DNA of 64,000 nucleotides from Candidatus Dojkabacteria bacterium (lineage in GTDB: Bacteria > Patescibacteriota > Dojkabacteria > SC72 > JAFGCJ01): positions 145,777 to 209,776 of the forward strand of contig JAFGCJ010000002.1 in assembly GCA_016932785.1 (NCBI GenBank), written 5' to 3'. The position numbers were made by a program, and so were the translations under genes. Below are positions 1 through 10,368 of the stretch, piece after piece (the stretch's first letter is position 1; each line of letters opens with the position of its first letter). Under the pieces are notes generated by a model, which saw only the letters and a list, made by a program, of their open reading frames with translations, was not told the DNA's origin and made no database searches.

Positions 1-166
1 GAGTCCCAAGTACTAAAAAGTGAGTACTTTTACTGACACAAAAAGAATTTCTGTTACTTTTGGGCCGGTTCCGGTCCCAGGGACTGAATTATATAGGTCG
101 AAATTTTGAAAGATCCTATCGTGAAAACACTGTGATAATAGTACAAACTATATCCTAAGGCCTACA

Positions 167-252
167 TGCCGAGGACAGGATTTGAACCTGCACAGGCTTA
201 ACGCCCACTACCACCTCAAGGTAGCGTGTCTGCCAAATTCCACCACCTCGGC
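167..252 (-). tRNA. tRNA-Leu (anticodon GAG), class II with long variable arm
   Basis: The reverse complement reads GCCGAGG-TG-GTG..CAC-G-CTACC-TTGAGGT-GGTAG-(long variable arm)-GCAGG-TTCAAAT-CCTGT-CCTCGGC-A. It has a 7-bp acceptor stem, U33, anticodon GAG and G37, and is 86 nt long. Confidence 0.85.
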
Positions 253-286
253 TTTAAGTCTAAAGATTCTACCACAAAGAGCAAGC

Positions 287-2128
287 TTATTCTCTATCAA
301 AGTGCACTTCAATATCTTTTTTCTCTAGACGCCAAACAATCGGGCGTCCGTGAGGACAGCTATAAGAGTTTGCACAATTCAGAAGGTTTTTAACTAAATT
401 AAGGCTTTCCTCATCCGAAAGTTTTTGATTCATGCGAACAGACGAATGGCAGGCCATAGTAGCTATGACTGATGATTTAAACTTGTCATCAAGAATCTCG
501 TCCTTATCTTTGAACTCCTCGACATCTCTGATTTCTTCGATTACAGACATAAACACAGCAGCGTGATCGGCATCGGACAGTATCGAGGGTACTCCTGCAA
601 GATCAACACCCTCCTCAACCTTAAGAATAAAACCTAATTTCTCAAAAAAACCAACATTTTCCTTAACAAATTCTATATCAGATTTTCCAATTTCAACCGA
701 TAACGGCGATAACAGATTTTGCACCTCCACTTTCTTCTTTGAATATTCTTCAATAAGAGTCTCAAAACGGATTCTCTCGGCAGCAGCATGTTGATCGACA
801 ATCCAAAGTTCCTCACCAACGGATGCTACTATATATCTACTCATAAACTGTCTTGCGGCAGTAACCTCATCAGAACTAGGCTCGCTATCTTTATCAAACT
901 TCGCGAATCCTGAATCATCCGCATTAACTGGATGATCCTGAAGCAACATTCTAGAAAACTCCATTGATTGCCTTACGCCATACTTTTTTCCAACAACATA
1001 GGTGTCATCTCCAGATTCTTCATCTTTCTCAAGATGACCGATGTTGCTTATTACACCGTCTTTTCTAAAACGATGATATTCGTCACTTTCAATGTTTTTG
1101 CCTAGATTTTCTTCATATGCGGCCTTAACGGATTTTTCTACGGCCGAATATATTCTAAAAGGGTTAGCAAATTTAACTTCTGTTTTTCTAGGATGTACAT
1201 TAACATCGACGCCATCCGGGGGGAGATTGATAGCAATAACAAACGGTACTCTCATTCCATCAGGAATAAACCTTGATGCTCCTACTGTAACTGCTTTCGC
1301 TATTCCGTTGTCCCAGACAGGTCTTCCATTCACATAAATAAATTGACTCGAAACCTTTCCTCCATGATGTTTGGGATGACCCACTACACCGCCAACGGTT
1401 ATTCCTTCTCCATCATAGAAAAGACCTACAAAATCAAGTCCTTTGATTACTTCAGATAAGCGTTGCGGATGGATCGTGCCTGCGCCAACTTCTGTAACTG
1501 ATGGAAGATTGTACACCTCCCTATCGTCAACTTGAAACACAAAATGAATTTGCGGATTAATCAAAGAGACAGGAATAAAAGTATCCAAGAGCTTTCTGTA
1601 TTCAGTACGGGGTGTTTTTAGAAACTTACGGCGTGCCGGAACATTATAAAAAAGGTCCTCGATAACTACTGTAGTACCAAAGTCCCTCGATACGACCTCC
1701 TCCGAAATTTTTTCTCCCCCCTCTATACTTATTTGAGTAGCTTGAATTGTATTTTGGCCGCTTTCGGAATAGTCAACAGAAGCCAAACTTGCAATTCTAA
1801 CCTTCGAAACAGAAGCTATCGATGCCAGGGCTTCACCTCGAAAGCCAAGAGTTTCAACTTTATTAAGGTCAGAAATTTTCTCAATCTTCGAGGTTGTATG
1901 GGGCTGGATTGAAAGGGAAAGATCTGAAGGAGACATTCCAACTCCATTATCCTGAACCTCTATTCTTTTTATACCTCCTTGATGTACACGAATGGTTATC
2001 TTTGTTGCACCGGCATCTATCGCATTATCAAGTAGCTCCTTAAGAACAGATGCGGGGCGTTCTACAACTTCCCCAGCAGCTATTTGATCTATTAGTTTTT
2101 GATCAAGTTTCTTTATTATATTGGGCAT
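287..2128 (-). CDS. mutL: DNA mismatch repair protein MutL
   Basis: 613 aa. The N-terminal GHKL ATPase motifs are present (IAAGEVVERPASVLKELLDNAIDAGA, GFRGEAL). The C-terminal dimerisation region ends in CPHGRP. Confidence 0.95.
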   Translation of the reverse strand: MPNIIKKLDQKLIDQIAAGEVVERPASVLKELLDNAIDAGATKITIRVHQGGIKRIEVQDNGVGMSPSDLSLSIQPHTTSKIEKISDLNKVETLGFRGEALASIASVSKVRIASLASVDYSESGQNTIQATQISIEGGEKISEEVVSRDFGTTVVIEDLFYNVPARRKFLKTPRTEYRKLLDTFIPVSLINPQIHFVFQVDDREVYNLPSVTEVGAGTIHPQRLSEVIKGLDFVGLFYDGEGITVGGVVGHPKHHGGKVSSQFIYVNGRPVWDNGIAKAVTVGASRFIPDGMRVPFVIAINLPPDGVDVNVHPRKTEVKFANPFRIYSAVEKSVKAAYEENLGKNIESDEYHRFRKDGVISNIGHLEKDEESGDDTYVVGKKYGVRQSMEFSRMLLQDHPVNADDSGFAKFDKDSEPSSDEVTAARQFMSRYIVASVGEELWIVDQHAAAERIRFETLIEEYSKKKVEVQNLLSPLSVEIGKSDIEFVKENVGFFEKLGFILKVEEGVDLAGVPSILSDADHAAVFMSVIEEIRDVEEFKDKDEILDDKFKSSVIATMACHSSVRMNQKLSDEESLNLVKNLLNCANSYSCPHGRPIVWRLEKKDIEVHFDRE

Positions 2129-2279
2129 GCGATAAGCATTTTACCACATACAATATCGATCCAGAATATATGGATGAAATCACCTCAGACCCGAATATTA
2201 CCCTAAGTTACCGTTTTCGTCTCGTTATTATAATAAAATATGACAACTCAAAACCGAAAATTCAAAATCATATGCTAAA

Positions 2280-4250
2280 ATGACACACATGTCAGATTTC
2301 AAACTCAAATCACCCTACAAACCAAGTCCAGCTCAGCAAAAGGCCATAGATGAGATTACTGAGCATTTGGATAAGGGCAAGAATGATGTAGTACTTCTCG
2401 GTGTCACTGGAAGCGGAAAAACATTCACCATGGCAAATGTCATTGCAAACCTCAACAGGCCTACCCTAGTCTTGTCACACAATAAAACCCTTGCTGCACA
2501 GTTATACGAGGAATACACAGATTTTTTCCCAGATAACTCAGTAAAATACTTCGTTTCTTACTATGACTACTATCAACCAGAGGCCTACGTGCCAAGCAAA
2601 GATCTTTTTATTGAAAAAGAGGCGGACATCAATCGCGAAATTGAAAGACACCGTCTGTCAGCCATGAATTCGGTTATTAAGCGTCGTGACACTGTTGTCG
2701 TAGCTTCCGTCTCCTGTATCTACAATATCGGAAAACCAGAAGACTATGAAAATCTTTCCGAAATGGTAGAAATCGACAAGGAAATAAGCCTCTCCAAGCT
2801 ACTTCAGCGCCTGGCTATACTTCAATATGGCAGAGGAGATTACGATTTCATGCCTGGATCATTTAGGCTGAAAGGTGATGTTCTAGAGATATTTCCTCCA
2901 TACGAAGATTATTCAATTCGTGTCGAACTGTTTGGTGACAAAATAGAGAAAATATCAACATTGGATCCGATGACAGGAATGACTATCTCAGAAGAACAGA
3001 GTATAGAAGTTTTTCCAGCAAAAAGTTACGTTGCCTCCCCAGAAATCATCAAAGAAAAAACACAAGAAATAATAAAAGACCTCAAAGATCGTCTTGAATA
3101 CTTTGAGAAAGCAGGCAAACATCTAGAAGCAGAAAGACTCAAACAACGGACCATGTACGATGTTGAGATGCTCGAAAACACCGGATTTTGTGCCGGTATA
3201 GAGAACTATTCAAGATATTTTGATGGAAGAAAACCAGGTGAGCCGCCCTTTACACTACTTGATTATTTTCCTAAAGATTATTTATTTATCATTGATGAAT
3301 CCCATATGACTGTCCCCCAGGTACGAGGGATGTTCGGTGGAGATAGAGCCCGTAAAGAAACACTTGTAGAATACGGTTTCAGACTTCCTTCAGCCTTAGA
3401 CAACAGGCCTCTGAATTTCGAAGAATTTCTAACACACCTGAATCAGACTGTTTATACTTCAGCTACACCCGCCGAGTGGGAACGACAGAGAAGCAAGAAT
3501 GCAATTGTTGAACAAGTAATACGTCCCACTGGTCTTCTCGATCCTACAGTCGAAATCCGCCCCACCAAAAACCAAATTGACGACGTAATTGAAGAAGTCA
3601 AAAAGAATACTGACAATAAACAACGAACCCTGATTACAACTCTTACTAAACGAATGGCAGAGGATCTCTCAAACTATCTTAAGGAAATGGACATAAAGGC
3701 AGCTTATCTTCACTCCGACATCGACACAGTCGAACGAATCGACATCCTGAGAGATTTACGACTAGGCGCATACGATGTTGTGGTAGGGATAAACCTTCTT
3801 CGAGAAGGAATTGATCTACCAGAAGTCTCATTAGTAATAATTCTGGACGCAGATAAAGAAGGATTCCTGCGCGCCGAGACAAGTCTTGTCCAGACAATCG
3901 GAAGAGCTGCGCGCCATAAAGATGCCAGAGCAATTATGTATGCAGATAAGATTACAGACTCAATGAAATCGGCCATTGGCGAGACCAACCGAAGACGCAA
4001 GATTCAAACGGAATATAACGAGAAACACGGGATCACTCCAGAAAGCATCAAGAAGGATATCCGTGAAGCCTGGGGTAAAAAGGAAGATAAAGAAGTTGAT
4101 AAAGACAAACTATCAAAAGTGCCCAAAACCGAACTTAAAAGAAACATTAAGATGCTTGAAGAAAAGATGTATCTTGCCGCAAGGAATTTGGATTTCGAAG
4201 AGGCAGCGGAATTACGAGACAAAATAAAGGTTATGAAGCAGATAATGTGA
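2280..4250 (+). CDS. uvrB: Excinuclease ABC subunit B (UvrB)
   Basis: 656 aa. It has Walker A GVTGSGKTFT, the DESH box (IIDESHMTVPQ), helicase motifs and a C-terminal UVR domain (LDFEEAAELRDKI). Confidence 0.97.
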   Translation: MTHMSDFKLKSPYKPSPAQQKAIDEITEHLDKGKNDVVLLGVTGSGKTFTMANVIANLNRPTLVLSHNKTLAAQLYEEYTDFFPDNSVKYFVSYYDYYQPEAYVPSKDLFIEKEADINREIERHRLSAMNSVIKRRDTVVVASVSCIYNIGKPEDYENLSEMVEIDKEISLSKLLQRLAILQYGRGDYDFMPGSFRLKGDVLEIFPPYEDYSIRVELFGDKIEKISTLDPMTGMTISEEQSIEVFPAKSYVASPEIIKEKTQEIIKDLKDRLEYFEKAGKHLEAERLKQRTMYDVEMLENTGFCAGIENYSRYFDGRKPGEPPFTLLDYFPKDYLFIIDESHMTVPQVRGMFGGDRARKETLVEYGFRLPSALDNRPLNFEEFLTHLNQTVYTSATPAEWERQRSKNAIVEQVIRPTGLLDPTVEIRPTKNQIDDVIEEVKKNTDNKQRTLITTLTKRMAEDLSNYLKEMDIKAAYLHSDIDTVERIDILRDLRLGAYDVVVGINLLREGIDLPEVSLVIILDADKEGFLRAETSLVQTIGRAARHKDARAIMYADKITDSMKSAIGETNRRRKIQTEYNEKHGITPESIKKDIREAWGKKEDKEVDKDKLSKVPKTELKRNIKMLEEKMYLAARNLDFEEAAELRDKIKVMKQIM

Positions 4251-4268
4251 GGTTACACTAGTATTAAG

Positions 4269-5048
4269 CTAGAGCGTCAATTTATATGAAACTAGTTTAA
4301 AGGGATTACCCATATCTGTACTTGCAACAATTGTAAATGCCGTAGCTTTTATTTTTTTACCTGCTACTTGTTCATCTGGTTCTCTAACCAAAGCATTCAC
4401 CCGTCCTTCAAAATCAGGAAAGAAGCCTGATATATTCCTTACCATTTCATGACCGGTCCTGGGCAGCCAAGGCCTAACGAAATCTTCTCCATGTAACTGA
4501 CGGTGTTTAGTTCTATACCTTACTCCAACAACTCCCGAGACTGACACAATATCTAATAACGATGCTCCCGCTTTAACATGTGGATAAATTACCCTTAAAA
4601 TATCATCGAACGAGTAGTCACCAAGAGCAAGATGACATGCCGTTATTCCAAGCTCAGGACTTCGAGATACAAATCCAAGACAGTCAGCAACATAAGGTAA
4701 AATAAGCAATCCTCTATCCATTGAATAAAAACGAACCCCGGTTGGGAGAATTCTCAAGCAACCACTATATTCGTTTACAATGGTAGAGAGTTTTCTAACT
4801 ACTTTGCCCTCAGGTATATGATCGTACTTGTAGCGTTCAAGATCTGCTACTAACGAATCAAACGTTCCATCGAAAGGATACTCTTCTACTCTATCGGGTT
4901 GCAACCAAACACTATCAAAGGCTACTAGCATCTCGTCGGGAACATCCTCCAATGGTTGACAAACATGAGGATCAACATTTGCAATGTGTCCTGCTTTGGG
5001 CATAATTTCAGACAAATCGATTTGTGCTGGTGAAGATTTCGAAATCAT
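4269..5048 (-). CDS. hypothetical protein (no family recognised)
   Basis: A 259-aa ORF fills the gap between uvrB and tRNA-Gln. It has no competing ORF and no signal peptide or TM segment. I recognised no motif. Confidence 0.5.
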   Translation of the reverse strand: MISKSSPAQIDLSEIMPKAGHIANVDPHVCQPLEDVPDEMLVAFDSVWLQPDRVEEYPFDGTFDSLVADLERYKYDHIPEGKVVRKLSTIVNEYSGCLRILPTGVRFYSMDRGLLILPYVADCLGFVSRSPELGITACHLALGDYSFDDILRVIYPHVKAGASLLDIVSVSGVVGVRYRTKHRQLHGEDFVRPWLPRTGHEMVRNISGFFPDFEGRVNALVREPDEQVAGKKIKATAFTIVASTDMGNPFKLVSYKLTL

Positions 5049-5154
5049 ACAAAATAATTATATTAGCGCCACATTATAACACACTATAGGGTCCTGACTA
5101 CAGACCAATCAAAAATTAGAAGCATTCCTGTGGTAAAATCTTTTCAATAATGTC

Positions 5155-5225
5155 TGCGGGATCGTCTAATGGTAGGACGACGGCCTTTGAAGCCGCTAAT
5201 CCAGGTTCGAATCCTGGTCCCGCAA
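5155..5225 (+). tRNA. tRNA-Gln (anticodon UUG)
   Basis: TGCGGGA-TC-GTCT-AATGGTA-GGAC-G-ACGGC-CTTTGAA-GCCGC-TAAT-CCAGG-TTCGAAT-CCTGG-TCCCGCA-A. The U1:A72 pair is typical of bacterial tRNA-Gln. It has U33, anticodon TTG and A37. Confidence 0.85.
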
Positions 5226-5305
5226 TATTTGAAAAGTCGAATTTGGTTCGAGCCACGTAATTAAGGTAAAAGTTGAGTGGGTTCGAGCCTTGTCCATGAA
5301 AGGTT

Positions 5306-6220
5306 ATGAAAAACAGCAAACACATAACAACCTCAAAATATGATGACTCACAGTATGATAATGTTATAGAGTTTTTAGGTGAGTTATATAGATTAGATCC
5401 GGAACATCCCTACTGGTTACCAGGAAGATGGGAATATGCGGCATATCTGGTTAGTCCTTTGTATTTAAGCCGAGGCAAACCAGATTGGAGGAAAACAATT
5501 CGTTTATGGAAAGACGAAAAAAATATTGTAGGTATAATCCACTCTGAAAATCCCAACGAAAATTATTATATTCATTTACATCCTGAATACGAGTATATAA
5601 GAGAGGAAATGATAGAATGGGCTGAAAAAAGTACTCCATTCAAAAAGATCCAAATTTGGCTAAATGAAGAAGACTCATCTTCAGAGAAGATCCTAAATAA
5701 CAGAGGATTTACCCTATTAGACAAGTCCTATGACTATCTCAATTGGCGTGATTTATCAAAATATGAACCCAGTATTGAAATTCCTGATAAATACAGTTTC
5801 TGCTCCCTGGTTGATGATACATACCTTGAAAGCAAAATCGATTGTGCGGCAAAAGCATTTAATTCAAAAAAGGTTCCGAAGAGTGTATACAAATTTATGC
5901 AAACAGCACCTTCATACAAAAGAGCATATGATTTTTTTATTCTCTATAAAGAAAAAGTTGTATCCTTATGCATTGTATGGCTTGATAAAGAGAACAATCT
6001 TGGTTATATTGAACCGGTTGCTACTCATCCGGAATTTCAACGACAGGGACTGGGAAAGGCTATTCTAAATTATGCAATGAAGCAACTAAAAGAGGATCAA
6101 ATCTCTTATGCATATGTAGGGGCCAGTGGGAACGACAGAAAATCTTTTTATTTTAAAGCTGGATTTACTAAATCAGTTGCGTTACGTCCTTGGAAAAAGA
6201 ATCTCCGGAAGAATCTGTAA
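5306..6220 (+). CDS. GNAT-family N-acetyltransferase
   Basis: 304 aa. The C-terminal acetyl-CoA binding motif is VATHPEFQRQGLGKAILNYA (Q/RxxGxG/A). Confidence 0.75.
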   Translation: MKNSKHITTSKYDDSQYDNVIEFLGELYRLDPEHPYWLPGRWEYAAYLVSPLYLSRGKPDWRKTIRLWKDEKNIVGIIHSENPNENYYIHLHPEYEYIREEMIEWAEKSTPFKKIQIWLNEEDSSSEKILNNRGFTLLDKSYDYLNWRDLSKYEPSIEIPDKYSFCSLVDDTYLESKIDCAAKAFNSKKVPKSVYKFMQTAPSYKRAYDFFILYKEKVVSLCIVWLDKENNLGYIEPVATHPEFQRQGLGKAILNYAMKQLKEDQISYAYVGASGNDRKSFYFKAGFTKSVALRPWKKNLRKNL

Positions 6221-6350
6221 TCGCTACAGACAATGAGATCAAACGACTGAAGCTACGACCCAAGATTACACTGTTTCCTTGGGAAGTTGCTGAAGACGAA
6301 CTAAGAGAGGCCAATAGCTGAATATCGTATTAAAAATAAATCCATCACTA

Positions 6351-6917
6351 ATGGAGAAACTATTAAAGTTCACCCAGTTCTACCATAAGTTCCAGCAAAC
6401 CAAAAGGCTTATTTATGCAACAGGCGAGAATCGTCATGAAAATGACTCTGAACACAGTTTTCAGGTAGCACTAACATGTTGGTATCTGATTTCAAGATAC
6501 CAACTCAATCTCAATCTAGAGAAGGTCCTCAAATATGCAATTATCCATGATCTACCCGAAGTATTTGCTGGAGATTTCTACTTTGACATTAATTCAAAGA
6601 AACGAGGTAAGAAAGAAGCCTTGGAGAAAGAAGCAATAAAAAATATTTCAAAAAGATTCCCCGAATACTCAGATCTATCTGAGCTTCTCGAATCATATAA
6701 CTCACAATCTGACAAAGAAGCGAAATTTGTTAATTCCGTAGAAAAGCTTATCCCAGTAATCAACATTTACTTGGATAACGGCAGGATATGGAAAGAAGAA
6801 GGAATGAAAATGAAAACAATCTTTGGTAACAGGGATCGAAAAATTAATTCGGACATACCAAAGAAATTATGGGAAGAGCTCAAACCTATAATCGCAAACT
6901 CAGGTCTTCTTAAATGA
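6351..6917 (+). CDS. HD-domain phosphohydrolase (YfbR-like 5'-nucleotidase fold)
   Basis: 188 aa. The H...HD...D metal motif is present (ENDSEHSFQVA ... IIHDLPEVFAGD). Confidence 0.75.
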   Translation: MEKLLKFTQFYHKFQQTKRLIYATGENRHENDSEHSFQVALTCWYLISRYQLNLNLEKVLKYAIIHDLPEVFAGDFYFDINSKKRGKKEALEKEAIKNISKRFPEYSDLSELLESYNSQSDKEAKFVNSVEKLIPVINIYLDNGRIWKEEGMKMKTIFGNRDRKINSDIPKKLWEELKPIIANSGLLK

Positions 6918-6940
6918 AATTAAATTTTTAGGGACCAGTA

Positions 6941-7339
6941 ATGGCACAACAACTAAATCCAAAAGACTTTACTGAAATTATGGGAGCATATTCACATGGA
7001 CTAAAAGTAGACATTGGAGACAGCGAAATGATTTTCGTAACAGGTCAAATAGCAATGGATAAAAACGGAAATGCCATTGCTCCAAATGATATTACTGCAC
7101 AAGCAGAATTTATTTTCAAAAATATCCAAAAAATTCTTGATGAGGGCGGAGCAACTATCGATGATGTGGTGAAAGCAGTGATTTATGTCACAAGCATGAG
7201 TGATTTTAAGGAAATCTCGGCTGTCCGAAACAAGTACTTTGGAAAGGCCAAACCAGTAAGCACTTTAGTCGAGATTAATAAAACAGTTAAAGATGGATGT
7301 AATCTTGAGATTGAAGTTATAGCTATAAGAAAGAAGTAA
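6941..7339 (+). CDS. RidA/YjgF-family reactive intermediate deaminase
   Basis: 132 aa. GAYSHG...IFVTGQIA...VKAVIYV...LEIEVIA is the typical YjgF/RidA pattern, and the length fits. Confidence 0.85.
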   Translation: MAQQLNPKDFTEIMGAYSHGLKVDIGDSEMIFVTGQIAMDKNGNAIAPNDITAQAEFIFKNIQKILDEGGATIDDVVKAVIYVTSMSDFKEISAVRNKYFGKAKPVSTLVEINKTVKDGCNLEIEVIAIRKK

Positions 7340-7578
7340 CCCTCTATAAATTGATCACCTCGAATCCTGACTCTCCCCTATTGATCTCTATCGTTTTGCC
7401 CTCAATATTGTGGTACAGCAGACCATCTTCTTTTACCACAGTTCGAACTATTTCGAGAGCTTTTTCAGCAGGAACCTCTGCAAGATCCCAATCAGGAGAA
7501 TCCACATGAGCTATTCTTTACTCACACTTCAAAAATAGTATAATGTATCCCGTACCTGCCTAATATTATTGCGAAACA

Positions 7579-9711
7579 ATGCCCAAATCAGATAACTCCC
7601 TTGAAAACCTTTTTAATCCTGAATCAATAGCCATAATCGGCGTCTCGAAAGATCCAGACAAGATCGGATCGATAATATATTCCAACATCTGCGAGAACAA
7701 ATTTCCAGGAAGAGTTTATCTTGTTAATCCCAAACACAAAGAACTTTATGGTCACACAGTCTATGAATCGGTTAAATCAATTCCAGAACAGGTAGACCTT
7801 GCCTGCATATCAGTACCAGCACCAATCGTCGAAGCGGTAATAGATGACTGTATAGAGAAAGACGTCAAAGCAGCAATAATAATATCGGCAGGGTTTAGCG
7901 AGACAGGAGAGCAAGGCACTGCGCTTGAAGAAAAAATAGCCCAAAAAGCTAACAAGGCAGGACTTAGAATCCTCGGTCCCAACTGTTTAGGCATGATGAA
8001 CCCCTCAAAGCGACTAAACGCTTCATTTGCAGCTTCCTCCCCTCTTGAAGGAAATATAGCGTTTTTGTCTCAATCTGGGGCTTTCTGCACAGCAGTTCTT
8101 GATATGTCGCTCGATAAAAATCTAGGCTTTTCACATTTCGTTTCACTGGGCAATAAGGCAGATATTGAGGAAACAGAATTAATAGAATATTTTTGCGATG
8201 AGAAAAAGGTCAATGTTATCGGAGCATATCTTGAGGAAGTAGCCAATGGCCAACGACTCATTCAAATAGCAAAAAAGACAGCCAAACCGATCGTAGTTTT
8301 CAAACCCGGTGAAAGCTCAGAGGCCAAAAAGGCTATATCTTCACATACCGGATCCCTAGCTGGCTCAGCAGAGACTATTGAAACAGCATTTAAACAGGCA
8401 GGAATAGTACAAGTCAGACGAGTTCACCAGATGTTTAATGTTATGATGGCATTTTCCTGGAGCAAACCACTTAAAGGAAACCGTATTGCAGTTGTAACAA
8501 ATGCCGGAGGTCCTGGAATCATTGCTACAGACGATATAGTCGATTCCGGCCTAAAGATGGCTGAAATCTCTCAAACTTCAAAGAAACTTATTGAAGAACA
8601 TCTTCCTTCTACCGCAAGCGTCATTAATCCAATTGACGTTATAGGTGACGCTCTAGCCGAAAGGTATAAGCTTCCAATAGAGGTACTCGCCGAAGACGAG
8701 AATGTAGATGCAATTTTAGTTGTCCTTACACCTCAACTGGTCACTCAGATAGAAGACACTGCAAAACTTATTATCAACACAGCAAAACTATCAGATAAAC
8801 CGATTTTTCCTGTGTTTCTTGGTGGAAAATATGTCTCATTTGGCCTTCATAGACTGTACGACTTCAAAATTCCTGCATTTCAATATATTAGCGATGCGGT
8901 AGATGCTCTCTCATTAATGTACAAATACTATAAAACAGAAGAGAATCTTGCAAAAAAGAAATCCCTGGATTTCAAGACTCTCAGGCGCAAAGGCGAATAC
9001 GAGCTTGAGATTGCTGCCGGAACTAAGGAAACTACTACAGCCCTCCCCGAACCCATGGTACAGAATATAGCTGAGGAGTTTGGTATCGATACGCCGCATC
9101 AGCAAGTCGTAACAACTGTCGACGAGGCACTAGAATTTGGAAACAAGCAATATCCGGTTGTTATTAAGGCCACAACAGAGGATTTCGAACATAAAACAGA
9201 ATACCGTGCGATCCATTTAGACATTCACACAGATAAAAAACTTCGAGAAAAATATTTTGAACTCGAGGAATTGCTGAAGGAGAAGCTCAGAATCCCCAAT
9301 CCCAAAATCCTTATCCAGGAACAAATACAATTTAAAGAAGAATTTTTCCTAGGTTCTAAAAGAGACGGAGATTCTGATGTTTATGAGACAGAAGACATCG
9401 GGTTCGGTCATATCATAGCTCTTGGTAAAGGAGGAATTTATACTGAGACCTACAAAGACATTAATTACTTTCTTGTCCCCGCAAGTGATCTAGAAATCGA
9501 AGATGCGCTCAAACAAACCAAAATCTGGAAAATTATAAAGGGAACAAGAGGCCAAAAGCCACTTGCTTACAAGGCCATAATCAATACTATTCAAAAGGTA
9601 CAGAAAATGTTGCTCACCTACCCTCAGATCGAGAGCTTGGATCTAAATCCAATCCTGGTAACCAAAGACCGAGCAGTCGCCGTAGATATCAAAATCTTCA
9701 CAAAGAAATAG
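7579..9711 (+). CDS. Acetate--CoA ligase (ADP-forming), fused alpha/beta
   Basis: 710 aa. The N-terminal CoA-binding fold is present (SIAIIGVSKDPDKIG, GPNCLGMMNP), with the catalytic-His loop SSHTGSLAGS and a C-terminal ATP-grasp half. Confidence 0.85.
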   Translation: MPKSDNSLENLFNPESIAIIGVSKDPDKIGSIIYSNICENKFPGRVYLVNPKHKELYGHTVYESVKSIPEQVDLACISVPAPIVEAVIDDCIEKDVKAAIIISAGFSETGEQGTALEEKIAQKANKAGLRILGPNCLGMMNPSKRLNASFAASSPLEGNIAFLSQSGAFCTAVLDMSLDKNLGFSHFVSLGNKADIEETELIEYFCDEKKVNVIGAYLEEVANGQRLIQIAKKTAKPIVVFKPGESSEAKKAISSHTGSLAGSAETIETAFKQAGIVQVRRVHQMFNVMMAFSWSKPLKGNRIAVVTNAGGPGIIATDDIVDSGLKMAEISQTSKKLIEEHLPSTASVINPIDVIGDALAERYKLPIEVLAEDENVDAILVVLTPQLVTQIEDTAKLIINTAKLSDKPIFPVFLGGKYVSFGLHRLYDFKIPAFQYISDAVDALSLMYKYYKTEENLAKKKSLDFKTLRRKGEYELEIAAGTKETTTALPEPMVQNIAEEFGIDTPHQQVVTTVDEALEFGNKQYPVVIKATTEDFEHKTEYRAIHLDIHTDKKLREKYFELEELLKEKLRIPNPKILIQEQIQFKEEFFLGSKRDGDSDVYETEDIGFGHIIALGKGGIYTETYKDINYFLVPASDLEIEDALKQTKIWKIIKGTRGQKPLAYKAIINTIQKVQKMLLTYPQIESLDLNPILVTKDRAVAVDIKIFTKK

Positions 9712-9754
9712 AGTCTTTATCATTTCGCCGTACAAATGCTAAAATCTTATTCAA

Positions 9755-10351
9755 ATGATCTATTTCATTGTTCAGAAAATTAAAAGATTTCGATGGCTAC
9801 TAATCTTTGTCAGCTATATTTTTACACTAAAATACAGACTTTTTAAAAGCAATCGCGTTCATTTCGGTTCGAACTTCATTACAAATTGGAAATTGAGAAT
9901 CCAAGGACCAGGCAAAGCTATTTTGGGCAATAATGTAATTGCAGGTGCTCATGAAGAACCGAATATATTCTCAACATTTGACAGGGATGCCACTATAGAG
10001 ATTGGAGATAACTGTAGATTAAATGGTGCTCACTTCCAATCTAGAAAAGGCATCAAAATCGGAAACAGCTGCATCATCGGATCTGCATTATTAGTTGATA
10101 CCGATCACCACAGTGTCAGATCGGACAGAATGACAAACCCCAATTCGCCAGTTCTATCCAAACCAATAGAAATCGGAAACAATGTATGGATAGCCGGCCA
10201 CGCAACTATTCTGAAAGGAGTAACTATAGGAAATAACTCCGTAGTGGGTTTTGGATCTGTTGTCGCCAGTGATGTACCCCAAGACTCGATAGTCGCAGGA
10301 AATCCGGCAAAAGTAATCGGAAAGGTTCCGATGGTATCTGGAACCATCTAA
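9755..10351 (+). CDS. Hexapeptide-repeat (LbH) acyl/acetyltransferase
   Basis: 198 aa. It has repeated [LIV]-G-x-x-x-x hexapeptides (IEIGNNVWIAGHATILKGVTIGNNSVVGFGSVV) and the tail AGNPAKVIG. Confidence 0.75.
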   Translation: MIYFIVQKIKRFRWLLIFVSYIFTLKYRLFKSNRVHFGSNFITNWKLRIQGPGKAILGNNVIAGAHEEPNIFSTFDRDATIEIGDNCRLNGAHFQSRKGIKIGNSCIIGSALLVDTDHHSVRSDRMTNPNSPVLSKPIEIGNNVWIAGHATILKGVTIGNNSVVGFGSVVASDVPQDSIVAGNPAKVIGKVPMVSGTI

Positions 10352-10368
10352 TTTCTAAATATATTTTA

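Noticed and set aside
1-166. Small palindromes at the window start (agtact...agtact; gtccc-a-gggac) and a GC-rich patch gggccggttccggtccc, considered as part of an ncRNA or tRNA.
   Set aside because: No cloverleaf or known ncRNA signature could be built. The region is cut by the window edge, so no call is justified.
5243-5300. Two GGTTCGAGCC T-loop-like motifs just downstream of tRNA-Gln, which suggested a second tRNA or tRNA relics.
   Set aside because: I could not build a cloverleaf. The flanks of the second motif pair only through G-U wobbles, and no complementary acceptor 5' strand exists upstream.
5116-5325. A 69-aa minus-strand ORF.
   Set aside because: It lies antisense across the tRNA-Gln gene (5155-5225) and is almost certainly spurious.
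6190-6321. A short frame after the GNAT gene encoding ...ATDNEIKRLKLRPKITLFPWEVAEDELREANS*, which resembles the N-terminus of RimJ/RimL-type acetyltransferases.
   Set aside because: It is only about 43 codons from a TTG and truncated by a stop. It could be a gene remnant, but the evidence is too thin to call it a feature.
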